A DNA stretch of 64,000 nt from Bradyrhizobiaceae bacterium (GTDB taxonomy: Bacteria; Pseudomonadota; Alphaproteobacteria; Rhizobiales; Xanthobacteraceae), in NCBI GenBank assembly GCA_947481685.1, contig CANKHA010000010.1:5573-69572 (forward strand), written 5' to 3'. The position numbers and the translations under genes are program-made. Positions 1-9,797 of this stretch are shown one piece after another. The notes under the pieces are model-generated. The model had not been told where the DNA came from and ran no database searches. It saw nothing but the letters and a program-made list of their open reading frames with translations. Each line of letters starts with the position of its first letter. Position 1 is the stretch's first letter.

Positions 1-864
1 TTTGGTCGTATCCATGAAGGCCTTCCGCAGGGCCGTAATTCGCTCATCCGGTACGCCCGGCGGTGCGGCGAACGGCCGCGCCATTTTCTGGGTCGAGAGG
101 ACAAGATCCAGCATCTGGCGTTGGTGTTCATTTTTCGCGAGCTCCGTCACGAGGGTAACATTCGGCATTTCCGGATGCTTCTCGTCTGCGAACTGAATGA
201 TGATATTGATCTTCTTGTCGCGCACCCAGTCCGGTTTGGTGCTGATGATCGAAGACCAGGACCAGTTGCAGCGGCCCTGCACCTCCCCCCGTTCCATGGC
301 AAGCAGCACGTCATTGCCGCCCGGATAGCCCTGCACCAGTTTCAGCTTTGCGCCGAACAGTGTGTTGAGCAAATTGGCGTGGTAGATTGTCGATGACCCC
401 ATGATGACTTCACGGGTCATGAATTTTTCCAGCGTGTCTATGCCGCTGGCATGCCATGTCACGCATGTGCTGGTGTCGATATTGGTGCTGCCGATCCAGT
501 TCAGTTCGGTGGCAACAAATTGTGCCGCCGGATTGGCCCAGATCGCCTGCATGGCAACGGCGCGGTCGAACGTCGCGATTGCGGTGCCGTCCTTGGGAAG
601 CGTCCGATACAGCTGGTTTGCGGAAACGAGACCATTGGCTCCCGGCACATTGGCGACGATAACCTGTGGGTTGCCCGGGATGTGATTGCCAATGAATCTT
701 GCAATCAGACGCCCGTAAATATCGGTGCCGCCTCCGGTGGAGGAGCCGACATACATGGTGATTTTTTTGCCGCGATAGAAATCCGCGACCTGCTCGGCGG
801 ATGATGTTTGCGGCAGACATATCATTGCTGCCATAAAAACTAGGCTTGAAAAGCGGGCGTTCAT
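1..864 (-). CDS. Bug/TctC-family periplasmic solute-binding protein (tripartite tricarboxylate transporter type); 3' end runs off the window
   Basis: Absent from the ORF track because it is open at the window edge. My minus-strand translation from ATG 864-862 reads MNARFSSLVFMAAMICLPQTSSAEQVADFYRGKKITMYVGSSTGGGTDIYGRLIARFIGNHIPGNPQVIVANVPGANG... It has a signal peptide and the FY.GK / GGG.D / PGNP..V.N.PGA pattern shared with nine other paralogs here. GGGAGGA lies 4 nt upstream. Confidence 0.85.
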   Translation of the reverse strand, partial: MNARFSSLVFMAAMICLPQTSSAEQVADFYRGKKITMYVGSSTGGGTDIYGRLIARFIGNHIPGNPQVIVANVPGANGLVSANQLYRTLPKDGTAIATFDRAVAMQAIWANPAAQFVATELNWIGSTNIDTSTCVTWHASGIDTLEKFMTREVIMGSSTIYHANLLNTLFGAKLKLVQGYPGGNDVLLAMERGEVQGRCNWSWSSIISTKPDWVRDKKINIIIQFADEKHPEMPNVTLVTELAKNEHQRQMLDLVLSTQKMARPFAAPPGVPDERITALRKAFMDTTK

Positions 865-895
865 CCAATCCTCCCGGAAATATTTTATTTATTAT

Positions 896-1795
896 TCAAG
901 AACCAAAGCCGTGAAGTCGCGCGGGGTTTTGAACCAGCACCTTTTCAATGAGTGCCTTGTCGTTGTTCAGGTAGCGATACAGCAGTTCGACGAGTTCCCC
1001 GTCATTCGGCATGCGGGGTTTTTTCCAGCGAACATGCGGCCAATCTGAACCCCAAATCATGCGATCCGGCGCCGCTTCCGCGAAGGCCTGGCCAAACGGC
1101 ACGGCATCGTCCCATCCTTCATTCATGCTCGACAGGCGGCTGCCATTGGAAAGCATCAGCCACCAGCCGTGATGCTTGAGCCGGTCGATGAGCCAGGTAA
1201 ACGCAGGTACTTGCATGCCCTGCGAGAAATCGAGATGCCCCATGTGATCGACGACAAACGTGAGATCCTTGATCGAGGAAAATATGTCAGCGTGTTCATG
1301 CAGATTGGGGCCGGCCACATGGAGTCTGGCATGCCAGCCCAATTCTTTTGCGCGTTCCATTGAACGCAACAGCGAGGCCTGTGAGTGCAACTCGTTGTAG
1401 TATTTCCCGATATTAAAGCGCGCACCACGCACGCCGAGATCGTTCAACTTTGCCAGTTCTGAATCGCTGACATTATCCTTGATGATCGCGACCGCACGGA
1501 TATTGCTCCGGTCTTCCAGCGCGGACAGCGTATCGATGAGCAGGCGATGATCGGTGTCGTAAGGCATCGGATGTACGATCACGCCGCGCGCGAAACCGAG
1601 CTTTTGCAGCACGCCCATCATGTCCTGAAACTTGCCGTTCGGTGGGTCGTAAAGTGCTCCCTCCTTTGGAGGATACTTTTTGGGATCCTCATAGATATGG
1701 AACTGGGAGTCGCAGCTTAAAGGCGGAGCGGGCGGCGAGGGCGGGCGGGTGTTTCTTTCCCACTCCAGAAAACTGACTTGTGCGCCGCCGTGCAT
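896..1795 (-). CDS. Amidohydrolase_2-family hydrolase, LigI/LigJ-like (2-pyrone-4,6-dicarboxylate lactonase type)
   Basis: 299 aa. N-terminal CDSQFHIYED, HMGH and a C-terminal WGSDWPH motif are typical of the TIM-barrel amidohydrolase_2 family. GGGGAGAAG RBS before ATG 1795. Operon-like with the downstream Bug gene. Confidence 0.7.
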   Translation of the reverse strand: MHGGAQVSFLEWERNTRPPSPPAPPLSCDSQFHIYEDPKKYPPKEGALYDPPNGKFQDMMGVLQKLGFARGVIVHPMPYDTDHRLLIDTLSALEDRSNIRAVAIIKDNVSDSELAKLNDLGVRGARFNIGKYYNELHSQASLLRSMERAKELGWHARLHVAGPNLHEHADIFSSIKDLTFVVDHMGHLDFSQGMQVPAFTWLIDRLKHHGWWLMLSNGSRLSSMNEGWDDAVPFGQAFAEAAPDRMIWGSDWPHVRWKKPRMPNDGELVELLYRYLNNDKALIEKVLVQNPARLHGFGS

Positions 1796-1993
1796 TGATC
1801 TTCTCCCCTATGTCAGGCAGAGCGCTTCTCTTCTGGCGCAGACCGCCATGCGCGCAGGTCGCCTGGCAAAGTCCCGTCGCTGTTTTGAAGGGCTCAACCG
1901 GAGCACCGTGCCTACGCAAGCCAAAGCCGACCACTATTATTTTGTCGCCAAGTCATAACAAAGATGAATGGCGCGCCGGCTCACGATGGGCCC

Positions 1994-2908
1994 TTAAGGC
2001 CTGTTACCCCGGCGTCGCGTGACGCACAGGTCCTCGATGATGCGCACGAATGTATTCACCGCTGGAGACATCGGTTCGTTTTCACGGGTGACGATTCCAA
2101 TCGGCCTCAGCATCAGGGGCGAGTCGATCTCGACGCCTTTCAGCAGCCCCTTTGCAATGTCGTTCTCGATTCCGAGCTTGCTGATAACCCCGATGTGGTT
2201 GCTGGCCATGATGATAGCCTTCATCACGGGAGGATCGCGGCTTTCGAACCGCGGCCACGGCGGACTTAGCCCTTGCTGCTCGAAGTACAGCTTGAGCCGG
2301 CGATGGCTCCACGTTTCGCTGTCAGGAAAAACCCAGTTCTGATCGATGAAATCCGCTGCCGCGATCTTGCGCTTTTTTGCAAGCGGATGGTCGGGGCGCA
2401 TCGCAAGAACGAGCCGGTCGTCGAACAACCAGCGTTTTGCAAGCCCGCGCTTTGGCATCTCGTCATACAGCATCGCAACCGCGAGACTGAACTTGCCGTC
2501 CAGCAGATCGGTGAACAGATTTCTATTCTGGCTTACCAGGTGGACTTGGAGCTTTGGGCGCTCCAGGGCTAGTTTCGCAAGAACCTGCGGGAGAAGTTCC
2601 GACATGACGAATGGGGGGCCGGCGACGGTGAAGATCCCCTCGGTACCATCGCGCAGGGCGGCGATCTGACTTTCCGCCTCCGCCATGCCTATACACGCCG
2701 CCTTGGCGTAGCCCTTGAGGCTATCAGCGTAAAATGTCGGCTTCATTCCTCTGGCATCGCGATCGAACAGGCGGACGCCAAGATGCTCCTCCAGGCGCTG
2801 AATGCTTTTGGTCAGCGCAGGCTGAGATATATTGAGACGTTGGGCTGCTTTTCCGAGGCTTCCCTCTTCGATAACCGCGAGCATATTGCGAAGATGGCGT
2901 ACATCCAT
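1994..2908 (-). CDS. LysR-family transcriptional regulator
   Basis: 304 aa. N-terminal wHTH MDVRHLRNMLAVIEEGSLGKAAQRLNISQPALTKSIQRLEEHLGVRLFDR plus a LysR substrate-binding-like C-terminus. Divergent from the gene at 3071. Confidence 0.9.
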   Translation of the reverse strand: MDVRHLRNMLAVIEEGSLGKAAQRLNISQPALTKSIQRLEEHLGVRLFDRDARGMKPTFYADSLKGYAKAACIGMAEAESQIAALRDGTEGIFTVAGPPFVMSELLPQVLAKLALERPKLQVHLVSQNRNLFTDLLDGKFSLAVAMLYDEMPKRGLAKRWLFDDRLVLAMRPDHPLAKKRKIAAADFIDQNWVFPDSETWSHRRLKLYFEQQGLSPPWPRFESRDPPVMKAIIMASNHIGVISKLGIENDIAKGLLKGVEIDSPLMLRPIGIVTRENEPMSPAVNTFVRIIEDLCVTRRRGNRP

Positions 2909-3070
2909 GTTGAACTCTCAGCATCGCGGTGGCTACGTGTTTCAGCACTTCTCGCCGACCGCAAACCCCTGACATTTGGTTATGGCCTGGAGACAATTCG
3001 ATATTTTAAGTTCATTGCCTGAGGGGCTAGTCTGGATCAAGACTAATATGAGCCAAGCCGGAGGAATTCT

Positions 3071-4183
3071 ATGAATGAAGCAAACCCGCCGCCGAATGAG
3101 GTGATACCGCCTCGCCGCCTTCCGAACGACAATGCCACACCCACGCTTCAACGGGCTGTCCTGTCGTATCCTGCCCGCCGCGGCTACAAACCCTACATAC
3201 AGACGCCGCCACGGATTGATGCTGTCCGGGGCATGATAGACATCCATTGCCACGCCGAATACGGCCAGCAGGATGCATTGGCGTTAGCCAAGCTGGCATC
3301 TGAAAGCGGGATGTACGGTATTCTCTATAAATCGATCGGCAAGGAAGACAAACGTTTCGCCGGACCGATGGAAGACGTGAATGCCTTGATCCGGGATCTG
3401 GATCGTTGGGCGCAGGAAACGGGAATCGCGCCGATCAAGGCCTGGGGTGGATACGCACTCTGCCGCGACAACAAGCCGCCGAGCCGCGAGAAAGTCGAAA
3501 CACAAGTGAAGGCGGGCGTCACTTCCTTCTGGCTGGCGCTCGCGAACCACGCCAACACCTATTCGGTTGTTGGCGGCAAGCCGAAGCGCTGGGACCCGAA
3601 TGCCGATCCCAAGGCGCATTCGGACCCGCTCCCGTGGGAGCAAGCGCTCAAGTACGGACACTACGCGCTGGACGCGAAGGGCCGGCTCAAGCCGGAATAT
3701 GAAGAAGCAATACGGATGATCGCGGGCGCCGACCGCGCGCTGTCATTCGGACACTCGACACATGAGGAAATTTTTGTGATCGCGGAGCTGATCGACAAGC
3801 TCAATTTCAAGCGCGCTTTCATCGATCATCCGTTCAGCCCGTTCGTCAACGTGACCGTCGAGCAGATGAAGCAACTCTCGAAGATCGGTGTTCACTTCAA
3901 CTTCACTTATGACGAACTGTCGCCGATGCTGGGCGTCGATCCCGGCAAGATGTATCAAGCGATCAGGATCGTGGGGGTAGAGCACTTCACCCTGTCGAGC
4001 GACGCCGGAGACGTGCTGTTTCCGAATTCGGTAGAGTCGATGCGGCAGGTCAGCGGTTATATGAAGGCATTCGGATTGACGCAGGACGAAATCGAAACGG
4101 TCTGCATTCGGAACCCGGCCTTTATCGTGCATGCCGACGCTTCGGAGGCATTAAACCGGGCGAGAGCTTTGCAGGCGGCTTAA
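3071..4183 (+). CDS. Amidohydrolase-superfamily-like (TIM-barrel metal-dependent hydrolase) protein with a Pro-rich N-terminal extension
   Basis: 370 aa. HxH-type motif IDIHCH about 55 aa from the start, and later FGHSTH and IDHPF motifs. GGAGGA RBS at 3060-3065. The family assignment is tentative. Confidence 0.5.
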   Translation: MNEANPPPNEVIPPRRLPNDNATPTLQRAVLSYPARRGYKPYIQTPPRIDAVRGMIDIHCHAEYGQQDALALAKLASESGMYGILYKSIGKEDKRFAGPMEDVNALIRDLDRWAQETGIAPIKAWGGYALCRDNKPPSREKVETQVKAGVTSFWLALANHANTYSVVGGKPKRWDPNADPKAHSDPLPWEQALKYGHYALDAKGRLKPEYEEAIRMIAGADRALSFGHSTHEEIFVIAELIDKLNFKRAFIDHPFSPFVNVTVEQMKQLSKIGVHFNFTYDELSPMLGVDPGKMYQAIRIVGVEHFTLSSDAGDVLFPNSVESMRQVSGYMKAFGLTQDEIETVCIRNPAFIVHADASEALNRARALQAA

Positions 4184-4204
4184 GCTCGGTGGATTGCGCA
4201 AAAC

Positions 4205-4238
4205 AAATGGGCTGCCCGGCAAGGCGGCCCATTTTTGT
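4205..4238. terminator. Bidirectional rho-independent terminator between convergent genes
   Basis: AAATGGGCTGCC / GGCGGCCCATTT 12-bp stem (one G-U pair), 6-nt loop. It is flanked by an A-tract (caaaacaaa) upstream and TTTTTGTT downstream. Confidence 0.6.
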
Positions 4239-4245
4239 TGGTGCG

Positions 4246-5211
4246 CTACGACGCGCGCTTCTTGCTGACGCCTGGCAGCAGGCTGAAACGGCGGGCGGGT
4301 GTTTCGGAAAGCAGGTCGCGCAGGAAATCGAGAAACGCCTGCAGGCGTGGTGATGCGTGCCGCCGTCGCAGATAAACCATGTAGATCGAATCGCCCTCAT
4401 AGACATGCTGCGGCAATACAACCTTCAGGTCGCCGGCCGCGATGTGGTCGAAAGTCATGAAGTCCGGCAGATATGCCACGCCCGCGCCGCCGACGGCAGC
4501 ATCCGTTACCGCCCCCATGTCAATGATGTTGAGCGAGCCGGCGATATCGAGCGACACCGTCTTGCCGCCTACGTTGAATTTCCACTGACGGTAGCGTCCC
4601 GTGCCCGGTACGATGTAATTGATAAGTCGATGATGGCGCAGATCGTCGATGGTCTTCGGTTCCCCGTTGCGCTTGAGATAGGCCGGGGATGCGCAGACAA
4701 CGTAGCTCACGCTGCAGAGCTTGCGGGCCACCAGCAGCGAATCCGTCGGCTCGCCGTAACGCACCGCAATGTCGATCCCTTCTTCCTCGAGATTGAGCGA
4801 CATGGCATCGAGCACGATATCGACAGAGACTTCCGGAAAACGTTCGAGGAAGGAGGCCATCGCGGGTACGACGATTTTCTTGCCGAGGCCGCGCGGAAGC
4901 TGCACGCGCACCCGACCGCGCGGCAGGCCGCGTGCCTGCGCGACCATCGCTTCGGCTTCGTCGAGATCGTGCAGGATCTGCTGGCAGCGCGTGAAATACG
5001 CGGCGCCTTCGTCCGTGAGGGTGATGCGTCGCGACGTGCGGTTGAGGAGCCGCGCCCCGAGTCTGGCTTCAAGCCGTGACACAGCCTTGCTTACACCCGA
5101 CACCGACATTTGCAATTTCTGCGCGGCAGACGTGAAGCTGACGCTACCTCCGACGGTGACGAAAATCGAAATGGCGCTTAGATTGTCGGTAGCGGTCCTG
5201 CCGTTTGACAT
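4246..5211 (-). CDS. LysR-family transcriptional regulator
   Basis: The ORF track starts at 5295. I prefer the internal ATG at 5211 (MSNGRTATDNLSAISIFVTVGGSVSFTSAAQKLQMSVSGVSKAVSRLEARLGARLLNRTSRR), which places the HTH at the usual distance from the N-terminus. Divergent from the PrpD-family gene at 5371. Confidence 0.88.
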   Translation of the reverse strand: MSNGRTATDNLSAISIFVTVGGSVSFTSAAQKLQMSVSGVSKAVSRLEARLGARLLNRTSRRITLTDEGAAYFTRCQQILHDLDEAEAMVAQARGLPRGRVRVQLPRGLGKKIVVPAMASFLERFPEVSVDIVLDAMSLNLEEEGIDIAVRYGEPTDSLLVARKLCSVSYVVCASPAYLKRNGEPKTIDDLRHHRLINYIVPGTGRYRQWKFNVGGKTVSLDIAGSLNIIDMGAVTDAAVGGAGVAYLPDFMTFDHIAAGDLKVVLPQHVYEGDSIYMVYLRRRHASPRLQAFLDFLRDLLSETPARRFSLLPGVSKKRAS

Positions 5212-5370
5212 CCTGTCAACCTCGGGTTGATCGCAAACACCTGTATTCGGTCCCGGGGTTTGGCTAGAAATCCTGCCAGAACACGGGTCTGTCACGATCC
5301 CGGCAGTTTATTGCTGCCCGGGCGCGAAGGCCAGCGGCTTGGATTAGATTGACTGCAAGGAAAAGGGCGA

Positions 5371-6780
5371 ATGAGCCAGGCTGCTGAAAAGCATGAGGTT
5401 AAGGCGGACGCCGCCGAGGTGCTCGCGCAGCATCTGGCCCGGACGACTTATGCCGATTTGCCCGCAGTGGTGGTGAAAGCGGTCAAGTCCAATATCCTCG
5501 ACCAGATCGGCTGCATCCTGTCGGGGACTGGCACTTCGGATGTGCTGGCGATGGCTTCGCTGGTGAAGGAATGGGGCGGGGCGCCGATCTGCACCCTGAT
5601 CGGCTCAGGCGGTTTCAGGCTGCCGTCCAACAACGCCGCTCTTTTGAATGGCGCCGCCATTCATCAATACGACTTCGATGACGTGCATGACACGGTGACC
5701 TGCCACCCGACTGCTTCGACGCTCGTGGTTTCGCTCGCGGCGGCGGAAGAAAAGGGCGGCGTCAGTGGCAGCGATGTGATGCTCGCTGTCGCGCTGGGTA
5801 GCGATATTACCTGCCGGGTCTCGCGCGCCATCGTCGGCACCCACGGCCATCCGTGGTACCGCGCGCCGGTGGTCGGCATGTTCGGAGCGACCGCTGCTTC
5901 GGCAAAAATCTTCGGCGCCAACGAAGACCAGTATCTCCAGGCGTTCGGGCTCGCGCTGCCGCAGATCGGTGGCACCTATGCCAGCCTGCTGCATCATGGC
6001 TCCAGCGTGCGGTCAATCCGCGACGGGCTTGCCTATAAGAACGGATTGCTATCCGCCGAACTGGCGATGCGGGGGTTGAAGGGCGATCCGGAAGTGTTTG
6101 AAGGCAAGTTCGGCTTCTACAATGCCTACTACAAAGGCAGCTATAACCGTGACCGCCTTATTGGTGGCCTCGGTGAAGAATACGAAACCTCGAATGTGTC
6201 CCTGAAGCCCTGGCCCTCGGCGCGGCACCTGCACACCACCATCACCGCCGTACTCGATATTATGGAGAAGGAGAAGCTCAGCTTCGCCGACGTGGCAGAG
6301 GTGACCTTCGATGTCGGCAAGGTGAATCGCGAACGCTGCAGTCCGATTCCGACCGACGGTGCCGATGCGCACATCGACCTGCTGGCCAACCTGCCTTATG
6401 CGGTCGCTGCCGCGATCCGCTTCAACAACGTGACGCTGGATGCCTATGTCGACAACGCCGTGGTCAGCGATGTAATCAAGAATGCGCTGCCGAAAGTGCA
6501 GTGGCGCATCAACCCCGAGCAGGATGGCGAATGGCGGTTCGAGCCTGGCCGCGTCGAGCTCAAGACCGCATCGGGGAAAACCTTCAAGGCGCTGGCCAAG
6601 ACCGCGCTCGGTCACCCCGACAATCCGATGACGCAGCCGCAGCAGCATGACAAGTTCATCCGCCAGGTTGCGATGGCGGTGAAGCCGCTCGATGAGACCA
6701 CGGCTCGCCGCATTATTGAGACGGTGGCCGATCTGGAATCCCTGAAAGATATCAGCCAATTGATGAAGTTGATCGCCTAA
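5371..6780 (+). CDS. MmgE/PrpD-family protein (2-methylcitrate dehydratase superfamily), paralog 1
   Basis: 469 aa. Family-typical AALLNGAAIHQYDFDDVH motif and length. Confidence 0.9.
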   Translation: MSQAAEKHEVKADAAEVLAQHLARTTYADLPAVVVKAVKSNILDQIGCILSGTGTSDVLAMASLVKEWGGAPICTLIGSGGFRLPSNNAALLNGAAIHQYDFDDVHDTVTCHPTASTLVVSLAAAEEKGGVSGSDVMLAVALGSDITCRVSRAIVGTHGHPWYRAPVVGMFGATAASAKIFGANEDQYLQAFGLALPQIGGTYASLLHHGSSVRSIRDGLAYKNGLLSAELAMRGLKGDPEVFEGKFGFYNAYYKGSYNRDRLIGGLGEEYETSNVSLKPWPSARHLHTTITAVLDIMEKEKLSFADVAEVTFDVGKVNRERCSPIPTDGADAHIDLLANLPYAVAAAIRFNNVTLDAYVDNAVVSDVIKNALPKVQWRINPEQDGEWRFEPGRVELKTASGKTFKALAKTALGHPDNPMTQPQQHDKFIRQVAMAVKPLDETTARRIIETVADLESLKDISQLMKLIA

Positions 6781-6798
6781 AGCCAAGGGTTGAAGACG

Positions 6799-7929
6799 AT
6801 GCCTGAACAGATCTCCATCGATTGCGCGATCATGCGCGGGGGCACCAGCAAAGGTATCATGTTCAACGAGCGCGACCTGCCGAAGGATCGTGATGCCCGC
6901 GAGCGTCTGCTACTTTCCGTGATGGGTACACCTGATCCCCGCCAGATCGATGGCCTCGGCGGCGCCGACCCGCTGACCAGCAAGGTTTGCATCATCGGCC
7001 CGCCCTCGGTTCCCGATACCGATGTCGATTACACCTATGCGATGATCGGAATTGAAGAACGCATGGTCTCGTGGTCGACCAACTGCGGCAATCTCTCCGC
7101 GGCGGTCGGTGTCTATGCGATTGAGGAGGGCTTCGTCGAGGCAAAGGAGCCGTTCACCACAGTGCGCATCTACAATACCAACACCAAGCAGATCTTTCAG
7201 GCGATCGTGCCGGTGAAGGATGGCGCGCCGCTAGTGTTGGGTGACTACGTCAACCTCGGGGTGCCGGGTACCGGCGCCGAAATCCGCCTCGACTTCTCGC
7301 GCACTACCGGCTCCGCGACGGGTAAGTTGCTGCCGACCGGCAACCGGCGGGACAAACTGTATGTCGCCAAGTTGGGATTGACGCTCGAGGTATCGATCCT
7401 CGATGTCGCCAAGCCGACGGTCTATTTCCGCGCCGAAGCGATCGGCATGACCGGCGTGGAAAGTCCGGAGGAGTTCACGCCGGAAATCCTCGACCGGCTC
7501 AACAATATTCGTGAAGCAGCGGCACTCCTGATCGGTCTCGACAAGGACTCTCGCGTCCCGACTCCGGTCACCGTCGCGCCGCCTGCTACCTACAAGAACT
7601 TCATGACCGGCAAGCCGGTGCTGGCGGAATCAATGAGCTTCTCCGCGCGCCGTGTCCTTGGCGTACCGCCGAAGCCGCACAAAGCGTTTGCCGCCACAGG
7701 TGCGGTCTGTACCGCCGTGGCCGCGATTATGGAAGGTACTGTCCTCAATGACGTCTATGTGGACCGCGGCGGTGGCGTTGTGAAGATCGGCCATCCCACC
7801 GGCATATTTCCGGTGAAGGCGAAGCTGGCAGCCGATGGGTCGGTGGAGGAAGCATCCTATTCCCGGACTGCACGGCGACTGATGGATGGGAAGGCCTACG
7901 TTACAGTGAAATCCATCGCGGCTGCTTGA
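6799..7929 (+). CDS. PrpF-family isomerase (methylitaconate / oxalomesaconate isomerase type: PrpF, GalD, LigU relatives)
   Basis: The N-terminus IDCAIMRGGTSKGIMF and the later STNCGNLSAAVG are PrpF-family hallmarks. The track start is TTG 6790. I prefer ATG 6799, which has AGGG about 10 nt upstream. Confidence 0.8.
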   Translation: MPEQISIDCAIMRGGTSKGIMFNERDLPKDRDARERLLLSVMGTPDPRQIDGLGGADPLTSKVCIIGPPSVPDTDVDYTYAMIGIEERMVSWSTNCGNLSAAVGVYAIEEGFVEAKEPFTTVRIYNTNTKQIFQAIVPVKDGAPLVLGDYVNLGVPGTGAEIRLDFSRTTGSATGKLLPTGNRRDKLYVAKLGLTLEVSILDVAKPTVYFRAEAIGMTGVESPEEFTPEILDRLNNIREAAALLIGLDKDSRVPTPVTVAPPATYKNFMTGKPVLAESMSFSARRVLGVPPKPHKAFAATGAVCTAVAAIMEGTVLNDVYVDRGGGVVKIGHPTGIFPVKAKLAADGSVEEASYSRTARRLMDGKAYVTVKSIAAA

Positions 7930-7939
7930 GGAGCGCGAA

Positions 7940-8620
7940 GTGCTGGACTTGAAACAAGACACAGAGGCCGCGCGCGTGAAGTCCTTCATGGATCGCAAGG
8001 TCGATGTCCCTGAAAGCGGTTACGACCGTCTCGGGTCGCCCGTCGCGTCGGTTGTGGTCATCACGACCATGGACCAGGAGGGGCGGGTGAATGCTGCGCC
8101 CGTCGCGACCTGCCTGCGCAACAACCATGTGCCGACCTGTTTCGAATTCACGATGGATATAAAGCGCCACACCGCGCAGAACGTGCTGGCCACAAAGCAG
8201 TTCGTGGTCAATATCGTGCCGTTCGACCGCGCTGTCCTGGAACGTGTTCATGTCACGGCGATGCCTTTTCCGAAGGGCGTCAACGAGCTCAGTGTTGCCG
8301 GATTGACGGCCATTCCGTCGCGCGTGGTGCGCGCGCCCCGGATCGGGGAATGCCGCAGCCATTTCGAATGCGAGCTTGAATGGACCAAGCAGTGGTTCGA
8401 AACGCGGCTCACGATCGTCGGACGCGTGGTGGCGGCTTCGATCGACCGCGATTGTATAGATGACAAGGGCTACGTCATCCATGAGAAGCTTATGCCGGTG
8501 CAATATGCGGGGCAGGCCTATAACGGCAAATATCTCGGCATTTCCGAGACCATGGACGTGGCCTGGAAATGGGACGGTCCCGATCCAAAGACCTATTATC
8601 CTCCCACGAACGGGCAGTGA
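7940..8620 (+). CDS. Flavin reductase-like (FMN-binding split-barrel) domain protein
   Basis: 226 aa. VVVITTMDQEGRVNAAPVA ... FVVNIV pattern typical of the Flavin_Reduct family. GTG start with GAGGAG 6-7 nt upstream. Confidence 0.75.
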   Translation: MLDLKQDTEAARVKSFMDRKVDVPESGYDRLGSPVASVVVITTMDQEGRVNAAPVATCLRNNHVPTCFEFTMDIKRHTAQNVLATKQFVVNIVPFDRAVLERVHVTAMPFPKGVNELSVAGLTAIPSRVVRAPRIGECRSHFECELEWTKQWFETRLTIVGRVVAASIDRDCIDDKGYVIHEKLMPVQYAGQAYNGKYLGISETMDVAWKWDGPDPKTYYPPTNGQ

Positions 8621-8733
8621 TAATTCTGATGCCTGCAGGTGCCCAACGTGGCATCATCCCGACGTTTAAAAATAATAACGCGGCACGATCGCAACGACGG
8701 TCGGTCGACGATAAACGGCAGGGAGGATGTTTC

Positions 8734-9777
8734 ATGCGACGGACAGCCATTGGTGCGTTGTTTTTGCTTGCAGGCGTGCTTGCCGGTGCACATAGCGCCG
8801 CTGCGGACGAAGTTGCCGATTTCTACCGGGGCAAACAGGTCAAACTGATTATCGGCTACGCGCCAGGCACCGGCTACGATGTGCATGCCCGCCTGCTGGG
8901 GCGCCACCTTGGCAGGCATATTCCTGGCGAACCCACCATTATCCCGCAGAATATGGAAGGGGCCGGAAGCCTGCGGGCGGGGTTGTATGTTTATAACGTT
9001 GCGGAAAAGGATGGTCTGTCGATAGGTGCGATGAACCGATCTATGGTGCTGGCGCCGCTTCTCGAGACCATTGAAAGCAACCAAGCGGATTTCGATCCGA
9101 GGAAACTTGGGTGGATCGGAAGTATCAACTCCGCGACCACGGTTGGTGTCGTCTGGGCTGCCAGCGGTCTCACAAAATTTGATGATCTGCGGCAGCGTGA
9201 GGTCATCGTTTCCTCGGACCAGACGACAAGCGATTCCTACGTATTCGCGCAACTGATGAACAATCTTCTCGGTACCAAGCTGAAGGTCATTACCGGCTAT
9301 TCCGGAACGACGGCGAGTTATCTGGCTATGGAGCGCGGTGAAACCACCGGCTATATGGGAACGTCCTATTCATCGCTCAAATCCACCAAGCCGGACTGGA
9401 TACGCGACAAGAAGGTCAACATCCTGATCCAGGTCGCGCTCAAGCCAGATCCCGAGTTGAAGGGCGTTCCGATCATCACCGATCTCGCTAAAACGGCTAC
9501 GGAAAAACAGGCGCTCGAAGTGTTGCTCGCCCCACAAGAAATGGCGCGTCCTTATTTCACGTCGCCCGGCGTCGACCCCAAGCGTCTTGCGGCATTGCAA
9601 AAGGCTTTCATGGAAACAATGAAGGATCCTGCGTTCATCGCCGATGCGCAGAAGCTGAGCATCGATATCGACCCGATGGACGGTAGGGACATCGTCCCGC
9701 TACTTGATAAAATCTACAAATCCACGCCGGAGGCCGTTGCGGCGGCAAAGCGCGCGATTGCGGTCGAGAAAAAATAA
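8734..9777 (+). CDS. Bug/TctC-family periplasmic solute-binding protein
   Basis: Internal ATG 8734 with a GGGAGGA RBS gives the signal peptide MRRTAIGALFLLAGVLAGAHSAAADEVADFYRGKQVKLIIGYAPGTGYD. The upstream 55 codons of the track ORF look non-coding. Confidence 0.9.
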   Translation: MRRTAIGALFLLAGVLAGAHSAAADEVADFYRGKQVKLIIGYAPGTGYDVHARLLGRHLGRHIPGEPTIIPQNMEGAGSLRAGLYVYNVAEKDGLSIGAMNRSMVLAPLLETIESNQADFDPRKLGWIGSINSATTVGVVWAASGLTKFDDLRQREVIVSSDQTTSDSYVFAQLMNNLLGTKLKVITGYSGTTASYLAMERGETTGYMGTSYSSLKSTKPDWIRDKKVNILIQVALKPDPELKGVPIITDLAKTATEKQALEVLLAPQEMARPYFTSPGVDPKRLAALQKAFMETMKDPAFIADAQKLSIDIDPMDGRDIVPLLDKIYKSTPEAVAAAKRAIAVEKK

Positions 9778-9797
9778 GCCGCTCAACCGGTAGGACA

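Noticed and set aside
8569-8733. N-terminal extensions offered by the ORF track (also 4246-5295, 22807, 26451, 27650, 34304, 36353, 38675, 44668, 50608, 56600, 58528, 59295 and 60150 starts)
   Set aside because: The extensions overlap upstream genes or lack an RBS. Internal starts give proper signal peptides or family-typical N-termini and have Shine-Dalgarno sequences.
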